Counted from the first letter of the stretch, positions 1-10,346 are shown. The stretch is 46,462 bases of DNA from Verrucomicrobiales bacterium (GCA_003452185.1 DMJJ01000214.1:1-46462), one strand, 5' to 3'. Notes: generated by a model not told the origin, from the sequence alone. Program-made: numbers and translations.

Positions 1-1
1 C

Positions 2-2554
2 AAGGCGGCGCTCTACAGCCTGGAGCCGGCAGTCCGTCGCCAAGCCCTCCGTCAGCTGGGCACGCGTCGCGTCGCGGAGGCGGCCGCCGAGATCACCGGA
101 AGGCTGGAGGATGAGGAACCCTCGGTCCGGTTCCAGGCCGCCACGGCGCTCGGGAGGATCGGCGACCCGGAGTCGGTGCGCCCCTTGACGGAGGCGCTCC
201 TGCGCGGGGAGAAGGACGATCTGGCGCGGTTCGCCATGTTCACGGCCCTGAACCAGGTGGGACGACAAAACCCCGCCACCTGGCCGGCGATCGTCCAGTC
301 CATGATCGGCCGGGATCCCGAGCACCGGGATCTGGCGCCCCTGGTGCTTCGCGAAACCTACGACCCGGCCCTCGTGACCGCGCTCTCCACCTTCAGCCTC
401 TCACCCGAGGTCAGCCTCCCTCGACGACTCATCGCCATCGGGCTCCTGGCCGACCTGCACCGACAGCTCCCCCCGTGGAAGGGGGAATGGTGGGTGTACC
501 ATCCGGTGAACCAGCCTCCGCCGAAAAAGAGCGTCGATTGGACCGGCACCCAGGAAGTGGCATCGACTCTCCGCCGGCTCCTGGAGTCAGGAACCGGAGA
601 GATCCGGACGGCAGCCATCGAGTGGATCGGCAAGGCCGAGATCACGTCCGCAGCCCAGGATCTCCGCACGCTCTTCGACCGGCACCCCGACGTGGAGACC
701 CACCAGAAGGTCCTTCCGGTCCTGGGCCGCCTGCACGACACGAACTGTGGCCCCATGGTGGTGGCTCTTCTCGACACCCCGGGATCCTCGGGCCCCCTGC
801 TGGAGATTGCGCTGGAGACCGCCGCGGAGGTGGGGAGTCCAACGAACCATCTTACCCCCCTTCTGGCAGCATCGATCGCCGCGCTGAGCACCAACGCCGC
901 GCTCACCCTCCCGCAGGCGGTCAAGTCGCTCGAGGTTCTGGGCCGCCTCCGGGATCCGGCCGCGCTGGGCGCCCTGACCAACCGCCTGCAGGATACGAAC
1001 CTTCCGGTGGCGGTGGCCGCCATCCGCGCCTTGGCCTCAGCGGGAGGCCCGGCCTCGACGCTGCTCCCCGCATTGCAGGACCCGCGCCCGGAGCTGCTCC
1101 ATGCAGCGGTCGCAGCAGTCGGGAGCCTGCGGGGACGCGAGGCCGTCCCGCGGCTGATCGAGCTGGCCGGCAGGACGGAGTTTCGGGAGGAGGCGTTCCG
1201 TGCCCTTGCGGCGATGCCCGATCTCCGCGCCCTTGATCTGTTTGTCGACCACCTGGCGTCGGAGAACTTCTCGCTTCGGGACCTGGCAGCCCAGGCCCTG
1301 GGGAGCCTGCGGAAGGAGGCGCTGCCGAGGCTCGAGCAGCGTGCCTCGACCCTGAAGCCCGAGGTGCTCGCCGCGGTCCAGGCCCTTTACCCCCAGGACG
1401 ACCCGGCGCACAAAGGGCCGCTCTTCGCCAGCCAGGCGGCCGTCCGGCGCCCCGAGGACTACCTGGCCCATGCCCTCGCCCACCCTGGAAGCCCGCTCAA
1501 TGGGCAACGGCTTTTCTTGAATCCCTCCGGCGTGGCCTGCGTCCGCTGCCATCGCTCGCTCGACGCCGGTGGGGATGTCGGTCCCGACCTGGGTGGGATG
1601 GGATCCCAATTCGACCGCCGCACCCTCGCTGAGTCCGTGCTCTGGCCGAGCAAGGTGGTGCGGGAAGGATACCTGCAGACCGTGCTGGAGCTTCGGTCCG
1701 GGGATACCGTGGCGGGGCTCATCAAGGGGGAGTCGGCCGAGTCCCTGACCCTGCGGGATGCGCAGGGCAGGAACCAGACCCTGCCGAAAACCGACATTGT
1801 CAGCCGAAAAACCAGCTCGCTCTCCCTCATGCCCGAGGGGCTCCACGCCGCCCTCTCCCCCGAGGAGTTCACCGACTTGATCGCGTATCTGGAATCGCTG
1901 AAGTCCTCCACCCGGGGGCCGTTCGCAGACCCGCCGAAGGGATTCCTGCCGATCTTCACCGGAACGAACCTCTCCGGATGGAACCCCTCCGGTGGCACAG
2001 CCCCCGGGTGGGAGGCCAAGGGAGGAATCCTCGAGCGGGGGACCACGGAGGAGGATCTCCCGACCGGATCCAGCATCGCCGACTTCCGTCTGCAACTCGA
2101 ATGGCGCTGGGCCGATGCCCCACGGCCTGAGACCTTCGAGCTGGTCGATGGAGACGGGAACCCGGCCAGGGATTCCCAGGGCCGCCCCGCGACCCGCCCC
2201 GCGCTCGGGGCTGGGGAGGGAGGGATCCTTGTTCGCGGGTTCGCGAAAGCCGCCATCGCCCTGAGCTGTCGCCCGGTGGGGAGCGGCGACCTCCCCGGCT
2301 ATCGCACGGACCCGGGTTCCCCGAAGGAGGTGCGCGCGGGGGTCCTCCCCAGACGCCAGGCCGACCGGCCGATCGGGGCTTGGAACCTGATGGAGGTCGT
2401 GGCACGGGGTGACAAGGTGACCATCCTGCTGAACGGCGATGAGGTGGTGCATGAGGCTCCGCTCCCCGGCCTCCCCCCCCGGGGACCGATCGTCCTGCAA
2501 CATGGAACCGGGCGAATTCAGTTCCGGAACCTCTTTGTCCAGCCGCTGGAGTAA
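2..2554 (+). CDS. 5'-truncated PVC-type multidomain protein: HEAT repeats + c-type heme-binding domain + C-terminal DUF1080 (3-keto-disaccharide hydrolase-like)
   Basis: The frame is open from base 2 (KAALYSLEPAVRRQALRQLG...VRFQAATALGRIGD, HEAT-like). It contains the CxxCH motif CVRCH followed by GPDL...ESVLWPS...SLMPEGL, typical of the PVC heme-binding domain. The C-terminus has IFTGTNLSGW, DFRLQLEWR, GAWNLMEV and GPIVLQH...IQFRNL (DUF1080). Confidence 0.85.
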   Translation, partial: KAALYSLEPAVRRQALRQLGTRRVAEAAAEITGRLEDEEPSVRFQAATALGRIGDPESVRPLTEALLRGEKDDLARFAMFTALNQVGRQNPATWPAIVQSMIGRDPEHRDLAPLVLRETYDPALVTALSTFSLSPEVSLPRRLIAIGLLADLHRQLPPWKGEWWVYHPVNQPPPKKSVDWTGTQEVASTLRRLLESGTGEIRTAAIEWIGKAEITSAAQDLRTLFDRHPDVETHQKVLPVLGRLHDTNCGPMVVALLDTPGSSGPLLEIALETAAEVGSPTNHLTPLLAASIAALSTNAALTLPQAVKSLEVLGRLRDPAALGALTNRLQDTNLPVAVAAIRALASAGGPASTLLPALQDPRPELLHAAVAAVGSLRGREAVPRLIELAGRTEFREEAFRALAAMPDLRALDLFVDHLASENFSLRDLAAQALGSLRKEALPRLEQRASTLKPEVLAAVQALYPQDDPAHKGPLFASQAAVRRPEDYLAHALAHPGSPLNGQRLFLNPSGVACVRCHRSLDAGGDVGPDLGGMGSQFDRRTLAESVLWPSKVVREGYLQTVLELRSGDTVAGLIKGESAESLTLRDAQGRNQTLPKTDIVSRKTSSLSLMPEGLHAALSPEEFTDLIAYLESLKSSTRGPFADPPKGFLPIFTGTNLSGWNPSGGTAPGWEAKGGILERGTTEEDLPTGSSIADFRLQLEWRWADAPRPETFELVDGDGNPARDSQGRPATRPALGAGEGGILVRGFAKAAIALSCRPVGSGDLPGYRTDPGSPKEVRAGVLPRRQADRPIGAWNLMEVVARGDKVTILLNGDEVVHEAPLPGLPPRGPIVLQHGTGRIQFRNLFVQPLE

Positions 2555-2660
2555 CCGGCGAGCGCGGGATCGACGGCCGGCTTGGAAGTCGAGGGAACTT
2601 CCCGTTGCCAAGCCATCGGAAGCGGGGTAAACCGCTGCCACGTCCACGATCATCACTCCC

Positions 2661-5600
2661 ATGACTTTCATCAACCCCGTTGGATTCCTCCGCCGCCGTG
2701 TTGCCGGGGGCCTCCTTCGGCCTTCCTGGATCCGGAGCGGGGGGCTTCTCCCGTCGATCGCCGCCCTGGTGGTGCTGATCCTGCGCTCTCCCGGGATCGC
2801 ACCCGCCGCGGAACCGTGGGCCGATGCCCGCCTCCCGGTGACCAACGGCCTTCACCTCTGGATCGATGCCTCACGTCAGAACCCGGCCCGCGGGGAGCGG
2901 GGACTCCCTCCCTTGAGTCCCATCGCGGACACGGCCGACTATCTTCTGGATGGGTCGGGCGGGCGCCGCGACCTGGTGCAACCGCTGGAGGAGCGTCGGC
3001 CCCGGTTCGCCCAGGATTTCAATGGCGCCTTTCTCTCCTTCGATGGGGTGGACGACTTCCTGGCCTCCTCCGCCTCGGGTGCCAGGGCCGCCGAGGTGAC
3101 GCTCTTCCTGGTGACGCGGGTGCGAACTAACGCCGGTCTCTTCCGCGCCTTCTTCTCCGCCAACCGGGCGGGTCGGAATGACTACACGTCGGGGTTCAAT
3201 CTCGATCTCTCATCCGCTGCGACACCCGGGCTCTCGAGGATCAACGCCGAGGGCCCCGGCTTCTCTGGCGAGGCAAACCTCTGCACCACCCCGCTCCCAT
3301 TCCAACGGTGGACGGTCATGACGCTGGTCTGCGCCCCGGGCCCCGGGGGAGTGCGACTCTATCTGGATGGCAAGCCGCAGGGAGCACGGGACCGGGTTGC
3401 AGGAAGTCTCGACCTGGATGAGCTGACGCTTGGAGCCCGACACTATTCCAACGATGCCCACCGGCCCCACGCCCAGAACTTCCTGGCGGGGGATGTCGCT
3501 GAATGCCTTGTGTACGCCGCCCCGGTAGCGGAGCGGGACCGGGAGCGGATCGAGGCGTATCTCGCGACCAAGTATGCCGGGCTCCGGTCTTCCCGCCTCC
3601 CCCCGGGCATGCTCCAGGTCGAGACGCCACCCGCCGCCCAGATCTTCGCCCCGGGGTTTGCCGCCCAGGAGCTGCCGGTCTCCCTCAAGAACATCAACGT
3701 TGTCCGATACCTTCCGAGCGGGGGGCTTGTGGCGGCCGGCTACGACGGGAGCGTCTGGCATCTTACCGACACCGACGGCGACGGGACCGAGGATCGGGCC
3801 ACGCTGTTTTGGAAATCAGACTCGATCAAGAACATCATCGGCATGGCGGTCACTCCCCCCGGGTATCCCAGGGGGGAGGGGGTGTTCGTCACCACGCGAA
3901 ACAAGGTCAGCCTGCTCGTCGACACCAACGGAGATCATGCGGCGGACCAGGAAATCATCGTGGCACAGGGATGGAAGCCCCCCCGGTTTGTCTCGGGAGG
4001 CGTGATCGATGCCCTGGGGATCACCCTGGACCGTGAAGGCAACGTCTACTTCGCCCTGGGGAACAATTTCTTCTGGGAGGCCTACGAGGTGAACAAGGAG
4101 ACCGGCAAGTCCGAGTACGACCTGCGCGGGGAGCGGGGAACCCTCCAGAAGGTGAGCGCCGATTTCACCCGTCGTGAGACCTACTGCACCGGGGTCCGAT
4201 TTGGCGTGGGGCTCGCGATCAACGCGGCGGGCGACCTGTTCGCGACCGATCAGGAGGGGGCCACATGGCTTCCCAACGGAAACCCCCTTGACGAGCTGCT
4301 CGAGATCCGGCCCGGGCGGCACTACGGATTCCCCCCGCGGCACCCGCGCCACCTCCCGGGGGTGATCGACGAGCCGAGCCTTTTCGACTACGGCCCCCAG
4401 CACCAGTCGACCTGCGGCCTCACGTTCAACGAACCGGTGAACGGAGGGAGTCGATTCGGGCCCGCGGCCTGGGCCGGCGATGCCATCGTGAGCGGGTACT
4501 CACGGGGACGCCTTTGGAGGACCCACCTGGCCCCCAGCCCCGAGGGCTACGTCGCCCGCAACCAGGCGCTGGGGATTTTCCAGTCCCTCGTGATCGACGC
4601 GAGCCCAAGCCCCCGCGGCGATCTGATCGTCAGCACCCACAGCGGCCTTCCCGACTGGGGGAGCGGGCCCGAAGGAGTCGGGAAACTCTGGCGGGTCCGC
4701 CAGATCGACCCCAACGCGCCGCAACCCCTCCTCACCTGGACCGCGTCCCCCACGGAACTCCGGGTCGCGTTCGACCGACCGATCGATCCCTCCACGGTAC
4801 GGGACCTCCCCCGGCGGGGGTTGATCATCGCGGGCCGGCATGTCTCCCCCGGGGACCGGTTCGAGACCTTGCGTCCCGGGTATCAGGTGGTCCACGACCA
4901 GATGGCCACCCCCCGCACGCCCGTCGAGATCCTCAGCGCCGGGCTCAGCCCCGACCGACGAACCTTGACCCTGACGACCCCGGCCCGCGAGGCGGCGCAG
5001 TCCTATGCCGTGATCCTCCCCTCACCGGCTCCCAAGCCCTCCCCTCTACCGGGGGGAAAGTGGGTCACACCCGTTCCTGAGATCGATCTGGCGAACGACC
5101 TCTCCGGACTCCTGGTCGAATGGACTCCGGTGGGTGACTCGCCTCGGTGGAATGGGTGGCTGCCCCATCCCGATCTGGCCCTCTCCCGGGATCTGACCCG
5201 GGGGAGCGGGGATCACGACCCCCTCTGGGAGAGCCTGGCCAGGGGAGGTCGAATGACTCTGGCCACGCGGCTTCAGCTGTATGAAATGCTCCAGCCCGCG
5301 GTGCAACCGGGAGCTGTCCTGGATTATGTCCGTCCGGTGGAGCGGGTCACCGTAAGGCTGACCCTTCCGGCGGACGCCCAAGTGGAGGCCCCCGGGGCCA
5401 CGCTGGCGGAGCGCCCGGAGGCAGGGGGGAAGCTCGTCGAACTGACGGTCGATGGGTCCCCGACGAACTGGATCCCACTCCGGATCTCGTTTACCACCGG
5501 CCCGGGAGCGATTCCCGCAACCCGGGTCTCCTGGGCGACATCGGACGACCCCCGGCCGCGGCCCATGCCCCTCCGCCGTTTCCTTCTCCCGTGGGTCCGC

Positions 5601-6887
5601 CCAAGCGAGCCTGCCCCCATCGCGTCACCCGGGGCTTCGCGCGACATCCCGGAGATTGCCGGAGGAAACTGGCTTCACGGCCGACGCCTCTTCACCGGAG
5701 AGAAGGCCGGGTGCGCCAAGTGTCATGTCATCCGGGGCGAAGGGGGCCACATCGGTCCGGATCTTTCCAATCTGGTGCACCGGGATTACGACAGCGTGGT
5801 GAAGGATATCCGGTTTCCGAACGCCACCCTCAACCCGGATCATGTTGCGAGCGTGGTGGACCTGACCGACGGGGAAACCCTCGTTGGGCTCCTGACTGGG
5901 GAAACCCCCGGGTCCATCACGGTGACGGAGTCGACCGGAAAGGTCTCAACGCTCCCCCGGGCCGGCGTGCGTCGGATCACCCCATCCCCCCTCTCCCTCA
6001 TGCCCGAGGGACTCTGGGATGGTCTGTCGGCCGTGGAACGACGGGATCTCCTGACCTTTCTCCTGACCGATCCGGTCCCGGTGGAGGCGAGGCTGCCCGT
6101 GCAGGGCCAGACGGCTCCTTCCCCCCGCAGCCTGCAGCAGCTGGGGAGAGTGCTGGCAGCGGCCCCTGCCCCGACGGCCTCCTCCCCTCCAAGGCCGTTG
6201 CGCCTGGTCTTCTGCGCCTCGCGCAAGGATGGGGGCCACCCGCTCCCCGGGATGCACGACTACCCGGTTTGGCGTGAGAGATGGTCCCGGCTCCTGGCCC
6301 TCGCGGACGGGGTGACCACGGAGGTGGCCGACCAGTGGCCCTCCCCGGCACAATTCGCGACGGCCGACGTCATCCTCTTCTATCACGACAACCCCGCCTG
6401 GGTCGCGGCGAAGGGGCCCGAGCTCGATTCGTTTCTGGCGCGCGGCGGCGGGCTCCTCTTCCTGCACTGGTCGATGAACGGTCAGCAGGAGGTCGATGCC
6501 CTCGCGAAACGGATCTCCAAGGCCTGGAAGAATGGGTTCTCCCGCTTCCGCTTCGGAGGGTTGCCGATGCAGTTTTCGAAGCATGAGATCACGGCCGGAC
6601 TGGAGCAGCTCTCCTGGGTGGACGAGAGCTACTGGAACCTCCCCGGAACGCTCGACGGAGCGACTCTCCTGGCATCCACCGTGGAGGAAGGAGAGGCCCA
6701 ACCCCAGGCCTGGGTCCGGGAGCAGGGACGGGGGCGGGTTTTGGTCTGCATCCCGGGCCACTTCACCTGGACATTCGATGACCCGCTTTACCGAACCTTC
6801 CTACTCCGGGGACTCGCCTGGTCGGCGCATGAGCCGGTGGGACGATTTAACGAGCTGGTCACGGTGGGAGTGGAACTCGTCCCGTGA
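2661..6887 (+). CDS. Exported multidomain protein: LamG/concanavalin-like + PVC-type dehydrogenase-like beta-propeller + cytochrome c + ThuA-like domain
   Basis: Signal-like N-terminus. LamG-like segment (LHLWIDAS, LSFDGVDD, LYLDGK, GDVAECLVY). Propeller features (DTDGDGTED, TGVRFGVGLAIN, ATDQEG, GRHYGFP). CAKCH with GPDLS and SLMPEGL. ThuA-like C-terminus (HDY, GGGLLFLH, DESYW, GRGRVLVCIPGH). Confidence 0.85.
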   Translation: MTFINPVGFLRRRVAGGLLRPSWIRSGGLLPSIAALVVLILRSPGIAPAAEPWADARLPVTNGLHLWIDASRQNPARGERGLPPLSPIADTADYLLDGSGGRRDLVQPLEERRPRFAQDFNGAFLSFDGVDDFLASSASGARAAEVTLFLVTRVRTNAGLFRAFFSANRAGRNDYTSGFNLDLSSAATPGLSRINAEGPGFSGEANLCTTPLPFQRWTVMTLVCAPGPGGVRLYLDGKPQGARDRVAGSLDLDELTLGARHYSNDAHRPHAQNFLAGDVAECLVYAAPVAERDRERIEAYLATKYAGLRSSRLPPGMLQVETPPAAQIFAPGFAAQELPVSLKNINVVRYLPSGGLVAAGYDGSVWHLTDTDGDGTEDRATLFWKSDSIKNIIGMAVTPPGYPRGEGVFVTTRNKVSLLVDTNGDHAADQEIIVAQGWKPPRFVSGGVIDALGITLDREGNVYFALGNNFFWEAYEVNKETGKSEYDLRGERGTLQKVSADFTRRETYCTGVRFGVGLAINAAGDLFATDQEGATWLPNGNPLDELLEIRPGRHYGFPPRHPRHLPGVIDEPSLFDYGPQHQSTCGLTFNEPVNGGSRFGPAAWAGDAIVSGYSRGRLWRTHLAPSPEGYVARNQALGIFQSLVIDASPSPRGDLIVSTHSGLPDWGSGPEGVGKLWRVRQIDPNAPQPLLTWTASPTELRVAFDRPIDPSTVRDLPRRGLIIAGRHVSPGDRFETLRPGYQVVHDQMATPRTPVEILSAGLSPDRRTLTLTTPAREAAQSYAVILPSPAPKPSPLPGGKWVTPVPEIDLANDLSGLLVEWTPVGDSPRWNGWLPHPDLALSRDLTRGSGDHDPLWESLARGGRMTLATRLQLYEMLQPAVQPGAVLDYVRPVERVTVRLTLPADAQVEAPGATLAERPEAGGKLVELTVDGSPTNWIPLRISFTTGPGAIPATRVSWATSDDPRPRPMPLRRFLLPWVRPSEPAPIASPGASRDIPEIAGGNWLHGRRLFTGEKAGCAKCHVIRGEGGHIGPDLSNLVHRDYDSVVKDIRFPNATLNPDHVASVVDLTDGETLVGLLTGETPGSITVTESTGKVSTLPRAGVRRITPSPLSLMPEGLWDGLSAVERRDLLTFLLTDPVPVEARLPVQGQTAPSPRSLQQLGRVLAAAPAPTASSPPRPLRLVFCASRKDGGHPLPGMHDYPVWRERWSRLLALADGVTTEVADQWPSPAQFATADVILFYHDNPAWVAAKGPELDSFLARGGGLLFLHWSMNGQQEVDALAKRISKAWKNGFSRFRFGGLPMQFSKHEITAGLEQLSWVDESYWNLPGTLDGATLLASTVEEGEAQPQAWVREQGRGRVLVCIPGHFTWTFDDPLYRTFLLRGLAWSAHEPVGRFNELVTVGVELVP

Positions 6888-7912
6888 TCCCCTCCGGGGG
6901 CGGCTCCCGGTCGGGGCTTGCCCCATGGGCCTGGATCCATTACGCGTCAGAGGTGACTGAGACGTCCCGCAGCCCATCGATCCGGTGTGCCCCCCCCGCC
7001 AGCTTGGCATGGATCTCGGTTTGCCTCGCCCCGTGGCTTCCCGCATGGGCGGCTCCGGGGCTTCCCCCGTCGGTTGTCGCAGGAGCGCAGCTCACCGAGG
7101 TGTATGCCTCACCCCGGCTCCTAATGGGCCCGACCTGGGATCCCAAGGGGGGCCGGCTGTACTTTGTTGCGGCGGGCAGGGAGGGACTCGGGACGCAGCT
7201 GCTGAGGCTTGAGTCCCCCGGAGTCGCAACCGTGTGGCTCGATCAGGCGGAGGGGGCGACCGGGACCTGCGTTTCGAGCGACGGACGCCTGCTCGTTGCA
7301 CAATCAGCCGCCCACCGGGTGGTCTCCTACGCCATCGGTCCCAAGGGACCCCGGCGGAGCCGCATCCTTCTCGAGGAACCCACCCTCAAGCAACCGAACG
7401 ACCTGGTGCAGGCGGCCAACGGGAACATCTACTTCACCGACCCCGATTTTGGCGGGGGGGGAGCGGGTGGCGTGTTCCTGCTCAGGCCCAAGGGGGGGAT
7501 CACGAGGCTGATCAGCGACATGCCCCAGCCAAACGGTCTCGCCCTCTCGCCGGATGGCCGCACGCTCTACGTCAGCGACAGCCAGGAGAAGCTTTGCCGG
7601 TCCTTCCCGATCCTCCCGAACGGGGTCACCGCCCCCGGGGGCCGCTTCTTCTCCCCCGAGCCTGGATCCCCGGGAGAACCGGACGGCATGGGAACGGACG
7701 AACGCGGGAACCTGTACCTGGCCGGCATGGGGGGGGTCTGGGTGGTGACCCCGGCCGGAGAAGCCCTGGGGTTCATCCCCGTGAAGGAATTCTGCACCAG
7801 CCTGACCTTTGGCGGCCCCGATGGGCGGGACCTCTACCTGGCCTGCAACGGCAGGCTTTATACCCTGCGGATGACGGTTCGTGGAGGATTTGCCAACCAG
7901 GGTGTGCGATAG
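6884..7912 (+). CDS. SMP-30/gluconolactonase/LRE family protein
   Basis: Motifs PNDL, YFTDP, PNGLALSPDGRTLYVSDS and PDGMGTDERGNLY. A GTG start overlaps the upstream TGA; the true start could be further downstream. Confidence 0.85.
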   Translation: MIPSGGGSRSGLAPWAWIHYASEVTETSRSPSIRCAPPASLAWISVCLAPWLPAWAAPGLPPSVVAGAQLTEVYASPRLLMGPTWDPKGGRLYFVAAGREGLGTQLLRLESPGVATVWLDQAEGATGTCVSSDGRLLVAQSAAHRVVSYAIGPKGPRRSRILLEEPTLKQPNDLVQAANGNIYFTDPDFGGGGAGGVFLLRPKGGITRLISDMPQPNGLALSPDGRTLYVSDSQEKLCRSFPILPNGVTAPGGRFFSPEPGSPGEPDGMGTDERGNLYLAGMGGVWVVTPAGEALGFIPVKEFCTSLTFGGPDGRDLYLACNGRLYTLRMTVRGGFANQGVR

Positions 7913-8002
7913 TGGGGCGAGGCCCACCCTGCTCCCGGCGGGGCAGGCCTGGGTCAACTCGGTCCTGAAGGACCGGCCAAAACCGCCGAACAGTAGATCA
8001 AC

Positions 8003-9487
8003 GTGGCAACAGATCCTGCAGCTTCAGGCGCGCCGGGGGCCTTTTCGGAGGCCAAGCGGGCTCTCCTCGCCCGGCGCCTCCAGGGGGCGGCGCGCGGGAA
8101 CGAGTCCCCGTCGACCGGGATCCCACGGCGCGCGAAGGGGACTCTTTCGGCGCCGCTCTCCGCTTCCCAAACACGCCTCTGGCGCCATCACGCGACCCAC
8201 CCCACGTCGATCGTCCACAACGTCCCCATGGGACGGAGGATCGTTGGACCGCTCCGGGCCGACCTGCTCCGGCGGGCATTCGAGGCCGTGATGCAGCGGC
8301 ATGAAATCCTGCGAACCGGTTACCGACTCGAAGCAGGTCAGCCGACGCAGGTGGTGCTCCCGGCCGGGTCAGGGTTCTTTTCTGAAGTCGACCTCCAGCA
8401 CCTGCCCGCGGGGGATCGCGAGGCGGCGTGGCGTGAGGCGGCCCTCCACACGGCCTCAGAACCGTTCGATCTGGCGGCGGGGCGCGTGTTCCGCGTCCGC
8501 CTCTGGAGGCTCTCGCCCGAGGAGCATGTCCTGGTGCTGTGCGAGCACCACATCGCTGCGGATGCGTGGTCGACCTCCATCCTGTTCCGGGAGATCGGGA
8601 TCCTGTACAGGGCGATGCTTTCCGGCCTCCCCTCGGGGCTCGCGGACCTGGCCCTACAGTACGGAGATTTCGCCCTCTGGCAGGCCGGAGAGCTACGCCG
8701 TTCCACCCTCCCCGCACAGCTCGATTACTGGCGGCATCGGCTCGATCCGTTTCCCGCCACCAGCCCCCTGCCGCCGGACCACCCGCGGGGGGATCGCCCA
8801 ACGTTCCGTGGTGCCTACGCCGAGTTCCAGGTGCCGGCAGGTCCCCGGAGCCAGCTGCACCGGATCGCCCACGACCATGGCGCCACCCTCTACATGGTGC
8901 TCCTGGCGGCGTTCACCGCCCTGCTCCACCATCGCTCCCACACCGACGACATCGTGGTGGGGACACCGGTCGCGGGGCGCCCGCGCCCGGAGCTCGAGTC
9001 CTTGATCGGGTTCTTCCTGAACACCCTTGTGATGAGGACCAGCACCTCGGGCAACCCCTCGTTCCTCGAGTTGCTCGATCGTGTGAAGGAGACCGCCATG
9101 GGGGCGTACGCCAACCAGGAGGCTCCGATCGAGCTCGTCCTGGAAGGGGCGAACCGCCCTGGCGGGGGGACCACCCCACCCTTTCCCCACGTGATGCTGG
9201 TGCTGCAAAATGCCCCGATTGAGCCGCTGGACCTTCCCGGCATGGAAATCTCGCTCCTGGAGATCCCGATCGAATCCTCCAAGCACGATCTGACGTTTGG
9301 GATGTGGGAGCGGGGGGCGATCCTCCAAGGATGGATCGAGTACAACACCGACCTGTTCGACGCCTCCACGATGGAGGAGCTGGCCAGCGACTGGAACCAG
9401 CTTCTGGTCCGGGTCGGGAACGATCCGACGCTTCGACTCGACAAGCTCGCCCCCGGCGGAACCCCACGCCTGGCCCGGGCGGGGTGA
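8003..9487 (+). CDS. Stand-alone NRPS condensation domain (LCL-like)
   Basis: Core motifs SQTRLW, RHEILRT, HHIAADAWS, YGDFALWQ, IGFFLNTLVMR, AYANQE and YNTDLFD. There is no adenylation or carrier domain before the stop. Confidence 0.88.
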   Translation: MATDPAASGAPGAFSEAKRALLARRLQGAARGNESPSTGIPRRAKGTLSAPLSASQTRLWRHHATHPTSIVHNVPMGRRIVGPLRADLLRRAFEAVMQRHEILRTGYRLEAGQPTQVVLPAGSGFFSEVDLQHLPAGDREAAWREAALHTASEPFDLAAGRVFRVRLWRLSPEEHVLVLCEHHIAADAWSTSILFREIGILYRAMLSGLPSGLADLALQYGDFALWQAGELRRSTLPAQLDYWRHRLDPFPATSPLPPDHPRGDRPTFRGAYAEFQVPAGPRSQLHRIAHDHGATLYMVLLAAFTALLHHRSHTDDIVVGTPVAGRPRPELESLIGFFLNTLVMRTSTSGNPSFLELLDRVKETAMGAYANQEAPIELVLEGANRPGGGTTPPFPHVMLVLQNAPIEPLDLPGMEISLLEIPIESSKHDLTFGMWERGAILQGWIEYNTDLFDASTMEELASDWNQLLVRVGNDPTLRLDKLAPGGTPRLARAG

Positions 9488-9506
9488 CTCCCGCCCGGGC
9501 TCGGTC

Positions 9507-10331
9507 TCAGCCCTCCGCCTGGAGGGCCCGCTTCAGACGGCGGAGAAAGTCGAGTTCCCGCTCCCGCTCCGCCCGTTTCTGATCCTCCCGGGAACGTGTG
9601 TCCCGCCCGCCCCCATGAAGCTCCTGGACCCGCTCGTTAAAGAACGGTTTCGGCCCCGAGGCGCTCTGCAGGTCGTCGCCCAGGGCCTGAATCCACCCCG
9701 GGATCCGGGCAAGCAGCTGGGGAATCCCTTCCGGCTCGTAGGCCTCGACCACCTTCAGCAGCGCGGTGCAGTCCTCCACAATCCCGCCCGCAGCGACACC
9801 CTGGGCCGCGAGAAGAAACCGCGCCAGGATGGCGGCCCGTTCCCCCGACTCCCATATCGGACGCCGGGCCACCGCGAGCAGGGGGGCGCGCGTGGCGGGG
9901 GAGGCGACCCCCTCGAGCGGGGGGCGGACTCCCGGAGGGACCGTGCCGTCAAGCCGAAGACGGAACAGGAACCTCTCCACCGTGACCGGTCGCAGGGGCA
10001 GACGGCACACCTCGCCTCCGGGGACAATGAGCGATCCCAGGGTGGGCCGGGCCACCAGGGTTGCCACCAGCCCGGGCCAGTCGGACCGCGGGATGGACTC
10101 CACCCCCAGAACGCCGGCGAACTCCGCCTGATCGTCAAACCCGGGGGTAAACGCGGGCGCAAGGGCGAGGTCGACCTGGTAGTCTTCCAGCGAGCCGAGG
10201 CGGTCGCGGAGGAATCCCGCGATCTGGTGTCGCTCCAACTCGTAGGTGTCCTGCAGGTGATCGACAATCTGACGGGATAGCTCGCGAGGGCGCTCGAGCG
10301 CCGTCGCCAGGAGCTCAGGAATCGATTCCAT
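9507..10331 (-). CDS. Hypothetical protein (274 aa)
   Basis: ATG ORF with a globular-looking composition. It fills the gap between two real genes and is co-oriented with the upstream beta-helix gene. Confidence 0.7.
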   Translation of the reverse strand: MESIPELLATALERPRELSRQIVDHLQDTYELERHQIAGFLRDRLGSLEDYQVDLALAPAFTPGFDDQAEFAGVLGVESIPRSDWPGLVATLVARPTLGSLIVPGGEVCRLPLRPVTVERFLFRLRLDGTVPPGVRPPLEGVASPATRAPLLAVARRPIWESGERAAILARFLLAAQGVAAGGIVEDCTALLKVVEAYEPEGIPQLLARIPGWIQALGDDLQSASGPKPFFNERVQELHGGGRDTRSREDQKRAERERELDFLRRLKRALQAEG

Positions 10332-10346
10332 AGGAGGGGGATTCTC

